A stretch of DNA of 64,000 nucleotides from Paraspadella gotoi (GCA_051294375.1 JBJCIZ010000028.1:1-64000); one strand, 5' to 3'. Positions 45,692-59,585 are shown, counted from the first letter of the stretch. Made by a program: numbers and translations. The notes: generated from the sequence alone by a model not told the origin.

Positions 45692-46999
45692 TCATTTCGT
45701 TATGTTTTTACTTAATTTTGTTTTTTTTTGTTTTTATTTTAATTTTGTTTTTTGTTTTTATTTTAATTTTTTTCTATTTATTTAATTTTGTTTTAATTTA
45801 ATTTTGTTTCGATTGTTCATTATTCGTTTTGTTTTGTTTTTGAGGCATATTTATATCATAGGCACGTATTATGTAGAGATTTATTTGCAAAAAAATACCG
45901 TTCGTTTTTTTGAAGTTAGATAAATTTAGAATCTTGCCAAGTTTTTTTTTTTGTGTTTTTGTTGCATTTTTTTTTTTTTTGGTTTCGGTTTGTTTATTTA
46001 TTATTTTTGACTTATAACTTTATTATCTATCAACCCGTATTACTTAATTTACTTCATGGTTATTGTTTTTAGTCATTTTTTTTCTTTCGATGCGATGTTT
46101 ATATCAGATAATACTTTTTTTCTTTTGGACAAAAAACCCTAACGTGGTACGAAGAGAGAGTTAATCTAATTAATTAGATTTAGCCTCGATCTATAGGCCT
46201 GATTTCGATCGATATGCCTTATTTCGAACCTGATTTTAACCTTCGATCGATAGGCCTGATTTCGATTCTGATTTTAACTCTCGGTCGATAGGCCTGATTT
46301 CGATCGATAGGCCTGATTTCGACTATTCTAATCTATTTATAGAAAATACAAATAAAACATTCTTTTAAATATTTTACTACTTCATTGGTAGGGAAGCCGA
46401 GTACTCTGGGAGTGAGATATTCTTGATTGAAAGCTTGCAGGGACCTGCTATGTCATTATCTTGTAAGAATCTTATTGAGATAGCTTATTTATTAATTCAA
46501 TGGATAATTTTATATTGGTTTTACTAATTCCACAAATATTAGCTTATTTCATAACTTAGCCTTGATTTCGACTAAATTTCAGAATGGGAACTCAACAATT
46601 GCCTATGTTACAAAGTTATCTCTCAAATACTATACTTTACTATACTATAACTATAAGTATAACTATCCCAGGAGGTTTTTTTTTTTTTTTTTTTTTTTTT
46701 ATTCCAGCCCATGAGTATTATTTTTTAAAATATCAAAACATCTAACATCGTAAATGTAGAATATTGTAAATCCACGTTCCTTTTTGTAAGCATAAAATAT
46801 ATCAATGGTCGTATTATGTTTTCTACTTCATCACAAAAAAAAAAAATATTTCTACTGTTTTTCCTTATTTGTATATTTTTTTTTATAGCAGAAGTGAGTT
46901 TTATGAATGAGATTTCTCCAAAACTGCAATATGCAAATGATATTAACGATAGCGGTATTTTTTTTCAATAGGGGCCGACGGAGATGTAGAGAGATTTAA

Positions 47000-47068
<69 letters not shown>

Positions 47069-47591
47069 ATCCTTTAAAACTGAAGCTCGGTCTCGCGGTC
47101 GACGGTTCTTTTGTTTTCTCGTCGTCGATGGTGGCGCCAGAGGAGGACCTTGTGGAGAAATGAAGAATTACTGGCCGAGTAGGATCTTTTGTTTTAAAAA
47201 AGTGAACATAATTTGATAATCGGACAAGTTTGAAACGGATACTATTTACAGTATAACTACACTTTTTCATATTTTTAATATTTTACATTAAGACCAAGCA
47301 TGAAGAAGATAAATTTACAAAAAATTGTTTTGTAACTAGTTATAAGAAAATTTAAAGTAAATAAGGTATTAATCTATTGACGATAAAACTTTTCGAAGCA
47401 ATTTTTTAAAATAATAAACTAATTAATTGCCTTTCGAACAGAAATAATAAATCTGAATATATGGATGACGTTCCGATATTCGCTTCCCATTGTCCTCACG
47501 CCTTCATAGATGCTAATTAAGTCGGAATTTATATCCAATTTTTAAAAAATTCGAAAAATAAACAAGAAAATATAGAAATCTCTCTCGGTTG

Positions 47592-47630
47592 GACCAATCA
47601 GCACCGATCGTCGCACTTTCAGCCAATCAG
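47592..47630. promoter_or_regulatory. Paired CCAAT boxes in the divergent intergenic region
   Basis: GACCAATCAG (47594) and AGCCAATCAG (47623), 29 bp apart, between the NAGLU 5' end and the + strand membrane gene. Confidence 0.4.
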
Positions 47631-48104
47631 AAGAGATTTGAAGATGTAAACAAATGCAACGAATTAACGATAAATTGATACCAAATTGATACTATGGCTT
47701 TTACGAATTAAAGAAAACAAGAAAAAAGAAAGATTTCTCTTTTATTGGTTTTTTTTTGTTTTATAAAAAAATTCTTTTAACAACATTGATTATATTTTTT
47801 TTTGTTATCTAACTTACGCGGACAAAAAAACGTGCACAAAAACGATATTGAGTTATTGATATTTAGTAACAGATGGTAACCCTTTTTTTAGGCTAAAATT
47901 AAGTTACGGCATTCGGAACAGAAACGAGGCGCTTTCGTAAAATAGTGCACTCCTATCTTGGTTCTACTCGGGAGCCAGGTCCACTCTGGATGAGAGGAGG
48001 AGATGGAATCGAATGGAACCGGTTTTGAGATTTGGTTGAAAAAGACCCAAAGAAGAGCACGTCCATTTGTCTGTCTGCTTGTGCGCGTGTCTGTGGATTC
48101 TCTT

Positions 48105-48153
<49 letters not shown>

Positions 48154-48229
48154 GTCTCTCTCTCTTCTCTCCCTCAGTTTTTGTTTGCGGAAATGTATTA
48201 TATGTAGAGGGTCACTTTTGAGCTTTTTT

Positions 48230-48283
<54 letters not shown>

Positions 48284-48795
48284 CTCTCTCTCCTTCTTCC
48301 CTGCCGGATTAGACAGTTCTTCATTCTCAGAAATGACGCATCCATTTATATTTATTTTTCTTTCTTCTCTTTCAGCTTAAACCTTCTTTCCAGATCTGAT
48401 TCCTACGTCTTGAAAAAGAAACAAAAAAAGAAACAAAAGAACAAAAAATAAACAAAAAGAAAAAACACAAGACCAAAAAAGAAACAAAAGAACCGAAAGA
48501 AACAAGAGGAAAATTAAAAGAATGAAAAGAAAGAAAAGACACAAAAGAACGAAAAAAAACAAACAATAAACGAAAGGAAAAACAGAAGAACAAAAAAAAA
48601 TACAAGAGATAGATAAAAAAGGAACAAATATAAATAAAAACAAGTTTGAGCAAACAATGTCGGATCTNNNNNNNNNNNNNNNNNNNNNNNNNCTCGGTAG
48701 CGATCCAACAAGAATCCGAGGTCGATTACAAAAAATCAGAGCCTTTTCTCTTCCTCTGCCTCCTCGCGTCTCTCTCTTCTCTCTCTCTCTCTACT

Positions 48796-48826
<31 letters not shown>

Positions 48827-50143
48827 CTCTCTGTCTCCTGTCGCCACTGAGTAATGACCTTCTCTGCTCCGGTCTGTTTTATTCTCCTCTTAATCGACTT
48901 TCATCTTCGCCTCCGCCGCCATCTTAAACGTTTTCCTTCCTGGACAGATATTCGTGACTTAGGGCTTTCGGATTACAAGTTACATAACTTCTTAAACTCT
49001 ATCTAACATCTTAATACCCTTCTTATGAAACTTTAATATAACACAGTTTATTAATACAATCTAGTTCTCTTCTTTAGTGTTTTTTGTATTTGCCAGGGTA
49101 TAAAGATCATTGATTAAAAAAAATTGTCCTAGTTATTTTCTGAGCCTCCCAAAATAGTATAATATAGCCGTTTAAACACATTTCTCGGTGAATTAGAAGA
49201 GAAAGAATAGAGGGAGGGGAGAAAAAGTAAAATAGCGATATAGAACTGTGAAATGTGGTAGGGAAGTACATGACATGAAATAGGGCTGTTGACCGAGAGT
49301 GGGGCGGTGGGAACCAACCCGGGGGGGGTCGCGTCAAATGAAGGAAATGAGAAAAAAGGCGCGTTATAGTAATAGGAGAGGATAGATTAAGGATAGTGTA
49401 AAAATAAGAAATGAAAAGCAAAAGAGTTTAAAGCACAAGCCAGGTGTCACAGTGTTGAGACTAGCTCTGCCATGCAATCCATGTTTGTCTCTTCCTCCTC
49501 TTCTCTGTCGTCTCTTCTCGCTCCTCTCTCGTCTTCTTCTCTCTCTCTCTACTCTCTTCTTCCTTTTCCTGCTCGGCGCGCAATATAGACTCACGCGATT
49601 CCTTCACTTAATGTTACTCGCAGACCTCAATGCACGCATTTGCCAAATTTATATCTTATCGTTTCTTCGTTTCCTCTTTCAGCTTAACACGTTCTCCTTT
49701 CCAAGATGGTGCACTCTGTCTACGTCTTTGAAAAAGAAAAAAAAAAGGATTTACATAATAAACAAGAACAACAAATATAACTTTTATGAGGTCATCGTAC
49801 ACCAACAAACAATGATACAGAGAGGAGAAGGAAAAGACAAAGGAAGACCATAAAAGAAGAAGAAAAACAAAGAGAGAACAGAAAGGAACAAAGGAAAGAG
49901 GAAAATATGGAAAACAGGATGAAAAGAAAGAAAAGACAGCAAAGTAAGAACGAAAGAAAAAAACAATAATAAGACAGAAAAAAGAGAGAAAAAAATCGAG
50001 AAGGAAGAGCAAAAAGAAAAATGACAAGAAGATTAGATAAAAAGATAAGAGACAGAAGGAAGTATATTTAAAGAAAAAATCGAAGAGGCAGAAAATGCAA
50101 AAAAAAAGAGAACAAATAAGATATTAAAGAAAGAAAGCACAGA

Positions 50144-50210
50144 AGTTTGAGCAAACAATGCCGGATCTTCACGCGGCCATTTAGCGGTAAGCAGCGAATC
50201 AGATAATTTA
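50144..50210. repeat. Dispersed repeat end motif (copies ~16255-16325 inverted, 48642-48667, 53552-53620, 60950-60972, 63838-63865)
   Basis: AAGTTTGAGCAAACAATG(C/T)CGGATCT...AGCGGTAAGCAGC.AATCAGATAA recurs; probable non-autonomous DNA element terminus. Confidence 0.6.
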
Positions 50211-51162
50211 CGATTAATTACGCAATTTCTTTCTTATTCAATATAATTCACCAACAATATTCATAATTTATATATATCTATTTTAATTCTGGTGATAATG
50301 CAGGTCATAGTTTTTATGGTGGTTAGAGATTTTCTCTAGAAGCCGATCCGGTTAAAAAGATAAAAACATACAAATTTAAAACTTTCGAAGGAACGTATTT
50401 TTGAGATCTGTTTTAGACTCACAGTTTAACTCTGAAGAAGTTTCTCCTTTACAACCGTCGGCCCACAGTGTGAACTTTCTCACTCTCTTTCTCTCTTTTC
50501 TCTCTTTCTCTTCTAAAAAAAAAAAAAAAAAAAAAAACTTATCAAAAAAGAAAATTTTGGTCGGATTGAACCGGAAAATTTCCTCTGCAAAGCATCAGTT
50601 AACTGTCGGCTGTAGCCAGCTTGGCCCAATGCCTACATTGTGCGAAAAGTAGGATCAATAGGACCATCCTAGTGGTAGACGATACACACTGCACATTGCA
50701 CAATGAGGCTTTCGTCGACATGACAGCGAATCATTGCATTTTGAGCTCAGCCCCTCATTTGGTAATGTAGAAAATTAAAAAAGAACATGGAAGTCTCGGG
50801 AAAAGATATGAAAAATGTAATGAATGTGAATGAAACAGGAAATTAGATTTATAGATTGACAAATTGATTTTTTTTTCAAACACCTGTCCTCGAAAAATTA
50901 ATAAATTAATCAAAGCGATCATAAATTAATTTTTTCTCTCTCTGATTAAATTCTCTTCTCTCTCTCACTCTCTCTCTCTCTATCTAGTCTTTTCTGCATT
51001 GCACTGGCCGCCAGATGGGTGTTTCCACAATTATTTCAGTCATGGTGATTTTCTCAATATTGTAGTGTTTTTACGACTTGAGAACGACATTATATTTATT
51101 GTAAAAAAAATTTTATGTGGAGTTATTGGATTGTTTTTCCATGGCCATCGTTTTAGGGACAC

Positions 51163-53349
51163 ATGGCCTTGCATGATATTGCAATGTTGGGGCATCATTG
51201 TAAAAAAGATGCCACAAAATATTTGCGTCTCTGGAATGGTCCTGGACGAAAAACAGCCACAACGATTTTCTGTATGGCAGGTCTGGCCAACAGCTTGGTT
51301 GCAATCGACGACCATCTGGACAGAATCTATGGGATGGTGAAGTCTTCAACAACTTTGGCAGAATCATTGTCCATTCCCAAGAAAGAGTTGGTCGCGACTC
51401 TGGATTTATTGCATCTTCTTTTGGAGACTTTTCCTCAAATTCTTCTTCAAGCCGCCGCAATTGTTGTCTCTTTTACTAGCGGGACTGACAAGTTCTGTTT
51501 ACCATTTAAAGAAAATGACTATGATTTTCGGAATTATTCACTTATCCAACTGAACAGTGATAAGACCATGCCAACCCAATGCACTTGCATCTTATTACAA
51601 GAGAGATCTTTGATTGATAGGTTTTCCTGTAGCTGGGAGCTTGATCACTATGATATCATAGCTTCTTTTACACTTTCAACCGTAGGAATCACAACTGCAG
51701 CCACGACATATCGCGGCTTCACTGTGGCATCTTTACAAGGAACGCTCGGAATCTTTCAAGGAGTCACTGGCATTGTTGTCTTCATTCTTTTTATTTATGT
51801 TTGGGCACTGAATTATTATCTTTGGTTGGTTCTTCTCACGCCTCTGGCTATCTTAAGAATCTTTACAATTCCCGAGTTACTTGATATCTTTCGTCTCCGG
51901 TTTGTGTCTTCACATAAGGGGACAAAGATTTTTTGTTTTACTCCATTTCTAATAATGATATCTTGTTCTGCACAAATGGTCTCAATTTTTTTTCACCTGG
52001 ACAGGAACATGAGAATAGAAACAACCCTGACAAATGTTTATGATTTAGAAAGTGATGGTACAAAAATGGGCCTCCAAACAGATACAGAAAAAGGAAAACA
52101 CAGTCCACGTTTCAAAACCACACGGGATACTAATGACACATATGATTGCTTTGTAATGGATGGTGTTGTAGATTATTCAAGATGGGAAGAACAGTTCCCA
52201 GCCACATTCATGATGTCATGCAAAGCTTTAAAAAAAATGATACCTGAAATAGAATTTTATAAATCATTTACTGAATACAATGTAGGAAATTATAAACTTC
52301 TGAAACCATCCCACGAGACGATTCTTATCCTACTACTAATCGATGTCTTTTTGGGTACTCTGTATGTTTCAACAATTTTCACTTTAGGTAATAAAATAGC
52401 AAAACTCATCAATATTTTAATTGCATTGCTGCCGCTTGTTGCCATAACGGTTGTCAATCTGTCCCAAACCTTAAACCACTTAATTGTAAGCAAAGAATCC
52501 GGTCTTTTTCAATGTTTTCTTGAGCCTTGTCGGCATATAGTAGATTATAATAAACTTTTTGCCACTAAATTGAAACTATACAGAAGCTTTACACTTTACT
52601 CGAATATTGCATACACATCTCCGGTATTATATATGAGTCTCCTGATGTTGGAAGCGTTTAGTGGAAAAGCATTCATTAACCTGACGGCGAGAAAGATCCT
52701 TGGATTCATTGGGCTTATTGCTTGCTCTCTGCCTTTTTGTGGATGCCTCATTAAAAGTACAATGTATACTCGTCAAAAAATTTGTTCTGATCTTATTGAT
52801 TACAGTTGGTCAAGTCCTTGGTATCTGCAGCCACAAAAATATTACGCTCATCATATAACCTCGCTTATCAGGATAAATGAATATTTTTTTTTAATACTTA
52901 ATATTTCTTTTTGCCCTTTTTTTACATTTTCATATTTAATTCTGATGAAGGTTATCAAGAAGAAAAAAATTTTCATTAAAGCACTTTTTTTTGTAGTTGT
53001 AACTGCTTTTCATTGTTGTCTTTTTGAGATTTTAATTATTTCAAAGAAACCCAAAGCGAGCCAGTGTGAAGATTTCTACTACCCACTTTACGATTGGTAC
53101 TATCCAAATGATAATCGGCATGCAATTCTTTCAACACAATTACCAGCAGAGTCGCCTAATTTTATATTCATGCTTTCAGTTTCAGCAGAATTTCGTTATC
53201 AAGCTGAACGTAAAGATGGTAGAGAAAGAATTCTTCTCCTTTATAATATTTTTTTAAAATGCATTGACAGAGAACAATACAACAGTTATGAAATTTTTAA
53301 TATATTATCTTTGTTCTTACCTGTTATGTATGCTGTAATAATCCATTAA
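51163..53349 (+). CDS. Multi-pass membrane protein A: XK-related-like N-half plus divergent 7TM-like C-half, intronless; disrupted 5' extension from ~51015
   Basis: 728-aa ORF with many hydrophobic segments; LDLLHLLLETFPQILLQ resembles the XK-family ExxPQxxLQ motif; colinear with the paralog at 55875-60104. Confidence 0.75.
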   Translation: MALHDIAMLGHHCKKDATKYLRLWNGPGRKTATTIFCMAGLANSLVAIDDHLDRIYGMVKSSTTLAESLSIPKKELVATLDLLHLLLETFPQILLQAAAIVVSFTSGTDKFCLPFKENDYDFRNYSLIQLNSDKTMPTQCTCILLQERSLIDRFSCSWELDHYDIIASFTLSTVGITTAATTYRGFTVASLQGTLGIFQGVTGIVVFILFIYVWALNYYLWLVLLTPLAILRIFTIPELLDIFRLRFVSSHKGTKIFCFTPFLIMISCSAQMVSIFFHLDRNMRIETTLTNVYDLESDGTKMGLQTDTEKGKHSPRFKTTRDTNDTYDCFVMDGVVDYSRWEEQFPATFMMSCKALKKMIPEIEFYKSFTEYNVGNYKLLKPSHETILILLLIDVFLGTLYVSTIFTLGNKIAKLINILIALLPLVAITVVNLSQTLNHLIVSKESGLFQCFLEPCRHIVDYNKLFATKLKLYRSFTLYSNIAYTSPVLYMSLLMLEAFSGKAFINLTARKILGFIGLIACSLPFCGCLIKSTMYTRQKICSDLIDYSWSSPWYLQPQKYYAHHITSLIRINEYFFLILNISFCPFFTFSYLILMKVIKKKKIFIKALFFVVVTAFHCCLFEILIISKKPKASQCEDFYYPLYDWYYPNDNRHAILSTQLPAESPNFIFMLSVSAEFRYQAERKDGRERILLLYNIFLKCIDREQYNSYEIFNILSLFLPVMYAVIIH

Positions 53350-54638
53350 ATTCTAAGGATAATTTAAAAAATATAACATAAAAAACTAAAAAAAGAAATG
53401 TTTTTCCTTGATTTTTTTTCTACATGAAAAATCAGCTGAAGAAATATTTCCAAATTGGTAAAAAATAACTAATCAATAACTAATCAATCCATTTTAATGT
53501 TTTTTCAGGTTTTTATTTTAAATATGATTATTGAACCGCTAATTAACGAACAAGTTTGAACAAACAACGTCGGATCTGCTCACGGTTTTTAAGCGGTTAG
53601 CAGCTAATCAAATAATTTATTAAGTAATTAATTAATTATTTAATCAACTAATTTATTAATTATTTAACTTTTAACTTTTAATTTTAATTACTTAATCAAA
53701 ATATTAATTGATTTAGAGTAATTAGTTAGTCTCTCTCTCGCCCTCTTTCTCACTCTTTAATCCTCTTTTCCCTCCGCCATTCAAATTAAATAATTAATAA
53801 TTAATTAATTAAATAATTAATTAATTATTTTTGTAATGAATTATTTAATTAGAGTTGCAGTTTATAAAAATAAAAAAGCAGATTTTTTATGTTTTTTTCC
53901 ATTTAAACTCAGTTCCATTGGGACATCGTTTTTTAAAATTTATCATAATTTGATGTTCTGATATTATGTAAATGATTTACCGACAAGATTTAGCCTAAAT
54001 TATAGGGGGTGGACCTGTAGATGATGCAATGTTCTCAATTTGACGTTGCGTCAGGTTTTAAGTTCCAGTGACGACTCTGGCCGAGTCATTGCCCGTAATT
54101 GAGTAATCTGCTGTTCAATCCTACAGATCCGACAAAGTGAATCTTAGAGCCGGAATCTGCTATAAGCAGATCCGGCTAAAAATGTTAAAAATAAACTAAA
54201 AAAAACTAACAAAAAAGGTTTAAAATTATATAAAAAGGAACCATAACTTATGGCATAAGAAACAAATGTTCAAAAATAAATGTAAAGTAGAAACAAAAGA
54301 CAAAAATCAACAAGAAACCCAAAAAAGAAAATAAAAGAAACTAAGGGAAAAAAAAGGAAAATAACCAACAGAGATACTAGAATTCTTATTTCTCTTTTTT
54401 TTTCGTATTTTGTCTGTTTTTTTCCTCTTTTTACACTATATTGTTTACTTTTCTCCTGTTTTGTTTCTTTTCAGCCTTGTTTTGTGTTTTGTGTTTTGGT
54501 TTTTTTTCTTCTGAGGTCGCGACTTACTGTGTCCGAGGAATCCAATTACATCCCGATCTCCGTTTTCTTAGTTTCCGTATGTAATAGGAAGCGAGTGAGC
54601 GAGTTTGGAATACTAATCAGGATGCCAGAAAAGGGGAA

Positions 54639-54689
<51 letters not shown>

Positions 54690-54809
54690 ACACAATCCAC
54701 CGACTTTAAACTGTCAGTCACTTCCTTCAATTTTTTTTAATGAAAAATTTTTCAACTTATTTAATTTTTTTCCCTACATAGTATCTAAGCTTATGTTTTA
54801 GACTGATTT

Positions 54810-54848
<39 letters not shown>

Positions 54849-54992
54849 CTTTCTTTGTCTCTCTCTCTCTCGCTCTCTCTGACGCGAAACTTCCGGTTTC
54901 GACTGATGCTTCATGTTTCGTCTTCGTTTCAAGTTTCTTTCTGTTTTCTTTCTTTCTTTCTATCTTTCTTTTTTTTTCTTTCTTTCTTTCTG

Positions 54993-55260
54993 TGGATAAG
55001 GCGCTACGTGGGCTGAAGATGACTGTCCGTAACTTCTATAACCCCCTCTAGAAGCCATGGAACGGGTCCCTGGGCTTGGAACCAGGCTTGAGGGTTTGCC
55101 ATGCCCCCAAGGCGGCTTACGGCCGTCCTCACGCTTCCCGCAGGGTAGGTACCGGGTTGGGATTGAACCCAGTACCTAGTGGTCATGAGCTGATGGCTTT
55201 ACTCAATGAGCCACCGGGTCACAACTGAAAGTGTCATGATTCTAGGCAATGCCCGACTAC
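54993..55260 (-). mobile_element. tRNA(Met)-derived SINE-like element, copy 2
   Basis: Minus strand: A-box-like TGGCTCATTGAG, CTCATGA loop, B-box GGGTTCAATCCC; inserted in (TTTC)n. Confidence 0.72.
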
Positions 55261-55323
55261 TTTCTTTCTTTATTTCTTTTTATCTCTCTTACTTTCTTTC
55301 TTTCTGTTTTCTCCCTGTTTTTT

Positions 55324-55359
<36 letters not shown>

Positions 55360-55874
55360 TTTATATCTCTTACTTTCTCTCTTTCTTTCTCTCTTTCTTT
55401 CTTTCATCCCTCTTCCCTCTCCATATTTTAATTTCCTCTCCTTCAAGAATAAAAATATTTTTTCTTTTCAATGCGCATATATTTGTCTCCTATCTTTAAT
55501 ATCGTGTTTTTCTTTTTAACCCAATAATAATTATTCCTCATTTATGATATTTTTTGGATTGCTGCTTAATCACAAGATATTTTTAAACGAGGCCGTCCTT
55601 TATCGAAATAATAATACAACTAATGAGGCCTATATTTTAATAATGGATTTCCGTTTGAAGCAGAGAATGATGAATTACTAAATAATTTGACGTTCATTAC
55701 GCTGGACACCGAACAGTAGACAGCTTAGTATCTAATAACTTTTAATATGCATTTAAAAAAAAGATTTTGAAAATTTAATTTGAAATGCTTTATTTTAATC
55801 CCTTAAGAGCCAGTGTTTTGTCACTGGTTAATTAGCAGGGTATCTTATATAATTTTGTATCTCAGTATTGACTT

Positions 55875-57094
55875 TTAATAATACACAAACGCACACATTG
55901 CTGGCAACCAAAATGAAATCAAACATAATGAGTCATATTTTCCATACATTCGGTTCTCTGTAAACTTCATAAAATCCTCAAAAAATTTTGGCAAATCCGT
56001 TATCATACAGCTTTCTAAATTTGTTTGTATTTCCAACTGTTCGATAAATTTTTTTACAAAAACCGAACCCGGGGAATCCCACTGAGTTTTGGGCAAAAGC
56101 AGTTGACGAATTCTATGGGGATTTTTCAGATAAATATTCGCGTAATCGTTGTAAGATTCAAGCGTTTCAAGCCGCCGCTGGGTTAATGCATAAACATGAA
56201 GGTAAGATATAATAGAAAAAACAATGATAGATGTAGATATTTTAACAAAAATGACCCATTTTCTTTTGAGAAACGTTTTTGCTAAAAGGCTCATCCAAAT
56301 CGTTAAAGGTGAGAGAGATATAGCGAGTTTAGCCCGAAACATGTTGCCTGCTAAACGGTAAATGATTCTTGCTTTATAATATTTAAAAATTTGTTCAAAA
56401 CTATCGATTTCATTACATCCGGATACGAAATATGTTTCTACCTTCAGCCAAAAATAATCGGTAGTTTTCTTTATTACCAGAAATAGTAATGGTATTACGG
56501 CTGCTAAGCAACCTATAAACGAAAAAACTTTTTTATCAGTAGCGGATAAAAGTTGATAAGATTTTTTAGCGTATATCTCTAAAAACAAAAGTGAAAAATA
56601 CAATGCCATAAAAGTGTAAAAGAAATTTGTAAAAGCCGTGAAGCTTTGATAAAGAGATTCCTTCGAATCTATCAACGGATGCAGACACTGTTTATCCTCG
56701 CATTGTTGCAAACCAAATTTATTAGATGCCTTTTTATGAGACAAATCGCTCCGGACGTTGAGGATCAAAACCGCCAATAACGTAACCTGGGCAACGATAA
56801 ATATCAAAAATTTCCCACGTTCTCTCCTTTTGACGAAATGAAGAGCGACGTAAAATATTCCCAGACACGAATCCACGAGGGATAAAACCAAAATGCTCAT
56901 TCGATTCGGCAGCAAGAACTTGTAATTGCCGATAGCGTGGGATCTCCCGTATACGAGGGTTTCCTTGGGAGGTTTCCATTTGAAGTTTGTGCAAGAAACG
57001 ATGATGTCCTCAGAAATAATTATTTCCCATCTTTGCTTATGGATCAATCCGATTGTTGAAAAGCAGACGTTAGGCCTCCTTACTTTAATCCGAT
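55875..57094 (-). CDS. Membrane protein B terminal exon (7TM-like half)
   Basis: VCFSTIGLIHKQRWE..VSC aligns with A DCFVMDGVVDYSRWE..MSC; IGNYKFLLP with VGNYKLLKP; YQSFTAFTNFFYT with YRSFTLYSNIAYT; WLPAMCA with FLPVMYA. Confidence 0.8.
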
Positions 57095-57415
57095 CTAGGT
57101 CGATTGGGGGGTATGGGTTTAAGTTAAATTAGGGAACCTCCCAAAATGAAATTTTATACATTTTTGTCAAAAAAATTAAATTGATTAATTTTTTTTAAAT
57201 ATCTTGATACCTTAGCTATGATTATTTTTATATTTATTTATAAATAAAAATATTACAAATTTAAACACAAGTTTGAGAAAGTATTAAATAGTATCATAGT
57301 AATGTAAATTTTTTTTATCAGTTTATTACCGATAGATCAGAACATTTTTTAAAATATATAAATCCATTATATACTTATACATTATATACAGTTGAATTTT
57401 TTCGCTTAGCACTAC

Positions 57416-57623
57416 CTAAAAATAGCAGTTGCATATCAAAGTAAACTAATTTCGGACTTTGAATCAAAGTCGCGTCAATCTCTCGATTTTTGATCCCTAA
57501 AAATTTGGAATCGATTCCCTTTTGTTGGTCAACAACAGAAAAGAAGGCGAGAAGAAAAGAGTTCCATGAGATCATGATTATAAATTGGGCGAAAGACGGA
57601 CTGCCCCTCTTTTCAAGTTGTTT
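57416..57623 (-). CDS. Membrane protein B internal exon (donor position tentative)
   Basis: cacag acceptor; SFAQFIIMISWNSFLLAFFSVVDQQKGID aligns with A CFTPFLIMISCSAQMVSIFFHLDRNMRIE. Confidence 0.65.
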
Positions 57624-57795
57624 CTGTGGGAACAGAAGTAAAATTTTGAAAAAAATTATTATTTCTTCCGTTATCTCTTTCTTTCTGCATCTCTCTCTTT
57701 TTCCATTCTGCATCTATCTCTCTTTCTCTCTGTCTTTCTCTCTTTCTATTTCCCAATCTTTTTCTTTGTCCATATCTGTTCTCTTTCTCTCTTTA

Positions 57796-57856
<61 letters not shown>

Positions 57857-57884
57857 ACTCTCAATCTCTCTCACTAAAACTCAC

Positions 57885-58092
57885 TTTAAATACATTTTTC
57901 TTCAATTCTCCAAACGTAAAAATCCTCAACAGAGCCAGTGTCGTGAGCAAAGAAAACCACGGAGAAATTTTTAAGGCCCACACGTAGATGACATAAAAAT
58001 TGACAATTATCGCGCATACGCCTTCGAGTGAACCAAACGCGACCTCTATGGTCGCCATGTGGCAGCGAGACCGCGCGGCGAAGATGGCCAAA
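57885..58092 (-). CDS. Membrane protein B internal exon
   Basis: ttcag acceptor in phase with the upstream exon; VIYVWALKISPWFSLLTTLALLRIFTFGEL aligns with A FIYVWALNYYLWLVLLTPLAILRIFTIPEL; GTGAGT donor. Confidence 0.8.
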
Positions 58093-58811
58093 CTGAATTA
58101 GTAGAGTGGAGTGAAAATTGTACAATTTTCTAAAATCTGAATTGAGAATTCAAAATTTAAAGATAAAGATTTTTCTCATTGTTTTATTTAAAGAGAAAAC
58201 AAAGTTTATTTCTTTACAAACAACGGATTTTTTATTTTAAAAAACCGTGTTTCAACTTTAACGCGGTGATAAAGACTGAAAAACTTATCCTTTTTCTTAA
58301 TAAAAAAAACGTTTTTTGTAAACAAATAAACTGTTTTCTCTTTTACTAAAAACGCAATGAAAAAGAGAGTCTTAACACAATGTCTATAAAAAATTTTAAT
58401 GAATTTTTAAGAAATTTTACAAATAGTAAATCATATTTGTAATATGATGAGCTAGAATTTTAAAAATACAATTCCTAAATTATAAGTGGCTTTTTAAAAA
58501 TATTTATCATAATTAAATTTTTTTTGTAATTTAATCTTTTTTCATTATCTAAATACAAAATATTTGTTATCTACTTTAAAAGTTTTTTAAAATTAGTTTT
58601 TAAAAAAGATTATTATATTTTTTTATATATATAATTTATAAAAAAATTAAAACTTGCTGCCAGAAATTTTACAAAAACAATAATTTTTTACAACTTATAT
58701 GAGCTATATAAAGCTAGTTCTTTATACATAAACCCAAAAAATATCAATAATATACTTATTAAGAATTAAAATATACCTTAGATAAACTTAGATTCCAAAC
58801 TTTTTATTTAC

Positions 58812-59197
58812 CCTATTGTAGATATGCCAAAGGAAATTATGGTTTCATAATCTTGTACGTCCCAAGAGCAAGTGTAAACATTTTTAGTATATGGATGACA
58901 CTCGCAATGCCGTTTCGTCCTTGTCAGTGATCCATTTCCATCGATTTCGAATAAAAAGCTTCCTTGATTGTCGATTTCCAAGCATTGCTCATTGGCTCCG
59001 CTTGTAAGGGCCAGAATGAGTGCGGCCGTTTGCAAAAGCATCTGGGGAAACGCCTCGAGAATGATGTGCAGAAAATCAAGAGATTGGATCAATCTAATCT
59101 TTGTTGTCCTTTTCGTTGTTGCTGTCATTGCATCTGCCCAATCATCCATCTCACAATCCAGAATGATTAGCAAATGTCCTAAACCTGTAGCGGCCAT
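58812..59197 (-). CDS. Membrane protein B exon with XK-like motif (5' boundary unclear)
   Basis: SLDFLHIILEAFPQMLLQTAALILALTSGANEQCL...CSWDVQDYETIISFGISTIG aligns with A; GG|GTAAAT donor. Confidence 0.75.
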
Positions 59198-59343
59198 TTC
59201 TCAGGTTTGTATATATGTATAAATATAGCCTACTGCATAAATTGCTAAATTTAGAATAAATTTTTTTATACATTAATGTTCAATGTAATAATGTACAATA
59301 TTAATATTAGTATTAATGTATTAATGTACATTAATGTTCATTC

Positions 59344-59585
59344 TGTGGCGGTATATTCACACTGCTTCACGTCCACCATCCTTCAGCCAAATCAGAGGGG
59401 GAACACACTATCCCAGGCGTAGTGTTCCATCCACAGTCCTAATGACTTCCCTCTGCTTTGGCAAAGCGAGACCGTCCTAGGGTAACTGCGTCAGTGACTT
59501 GATCCGTCACTGAGGGTCGGAAGCCCCCAAAAGCCAACAGTGAGATGCCCCAATGGGCATCACAAGCAACCCGGCTGTTGCCATA
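59344..59585. mobile_element. Solo-LTR-like element (242 bp) with 4-bp TSD ATTC
   Basis: TGTGGCGG...TTGCCATA; ATTC at 59340-59343 and 59586-59589; homologous to 18940-19195. Confidence 0.75.

Noticed and set aside
48230-50170. Local duplication (48300-48667 versus 49570-50168) and Phe/Leu-rich ORFs
   Set aside because: Two noisy renderings of the same sequence around an N-gap; the ORFs derive from low-complexity A/G tracts.
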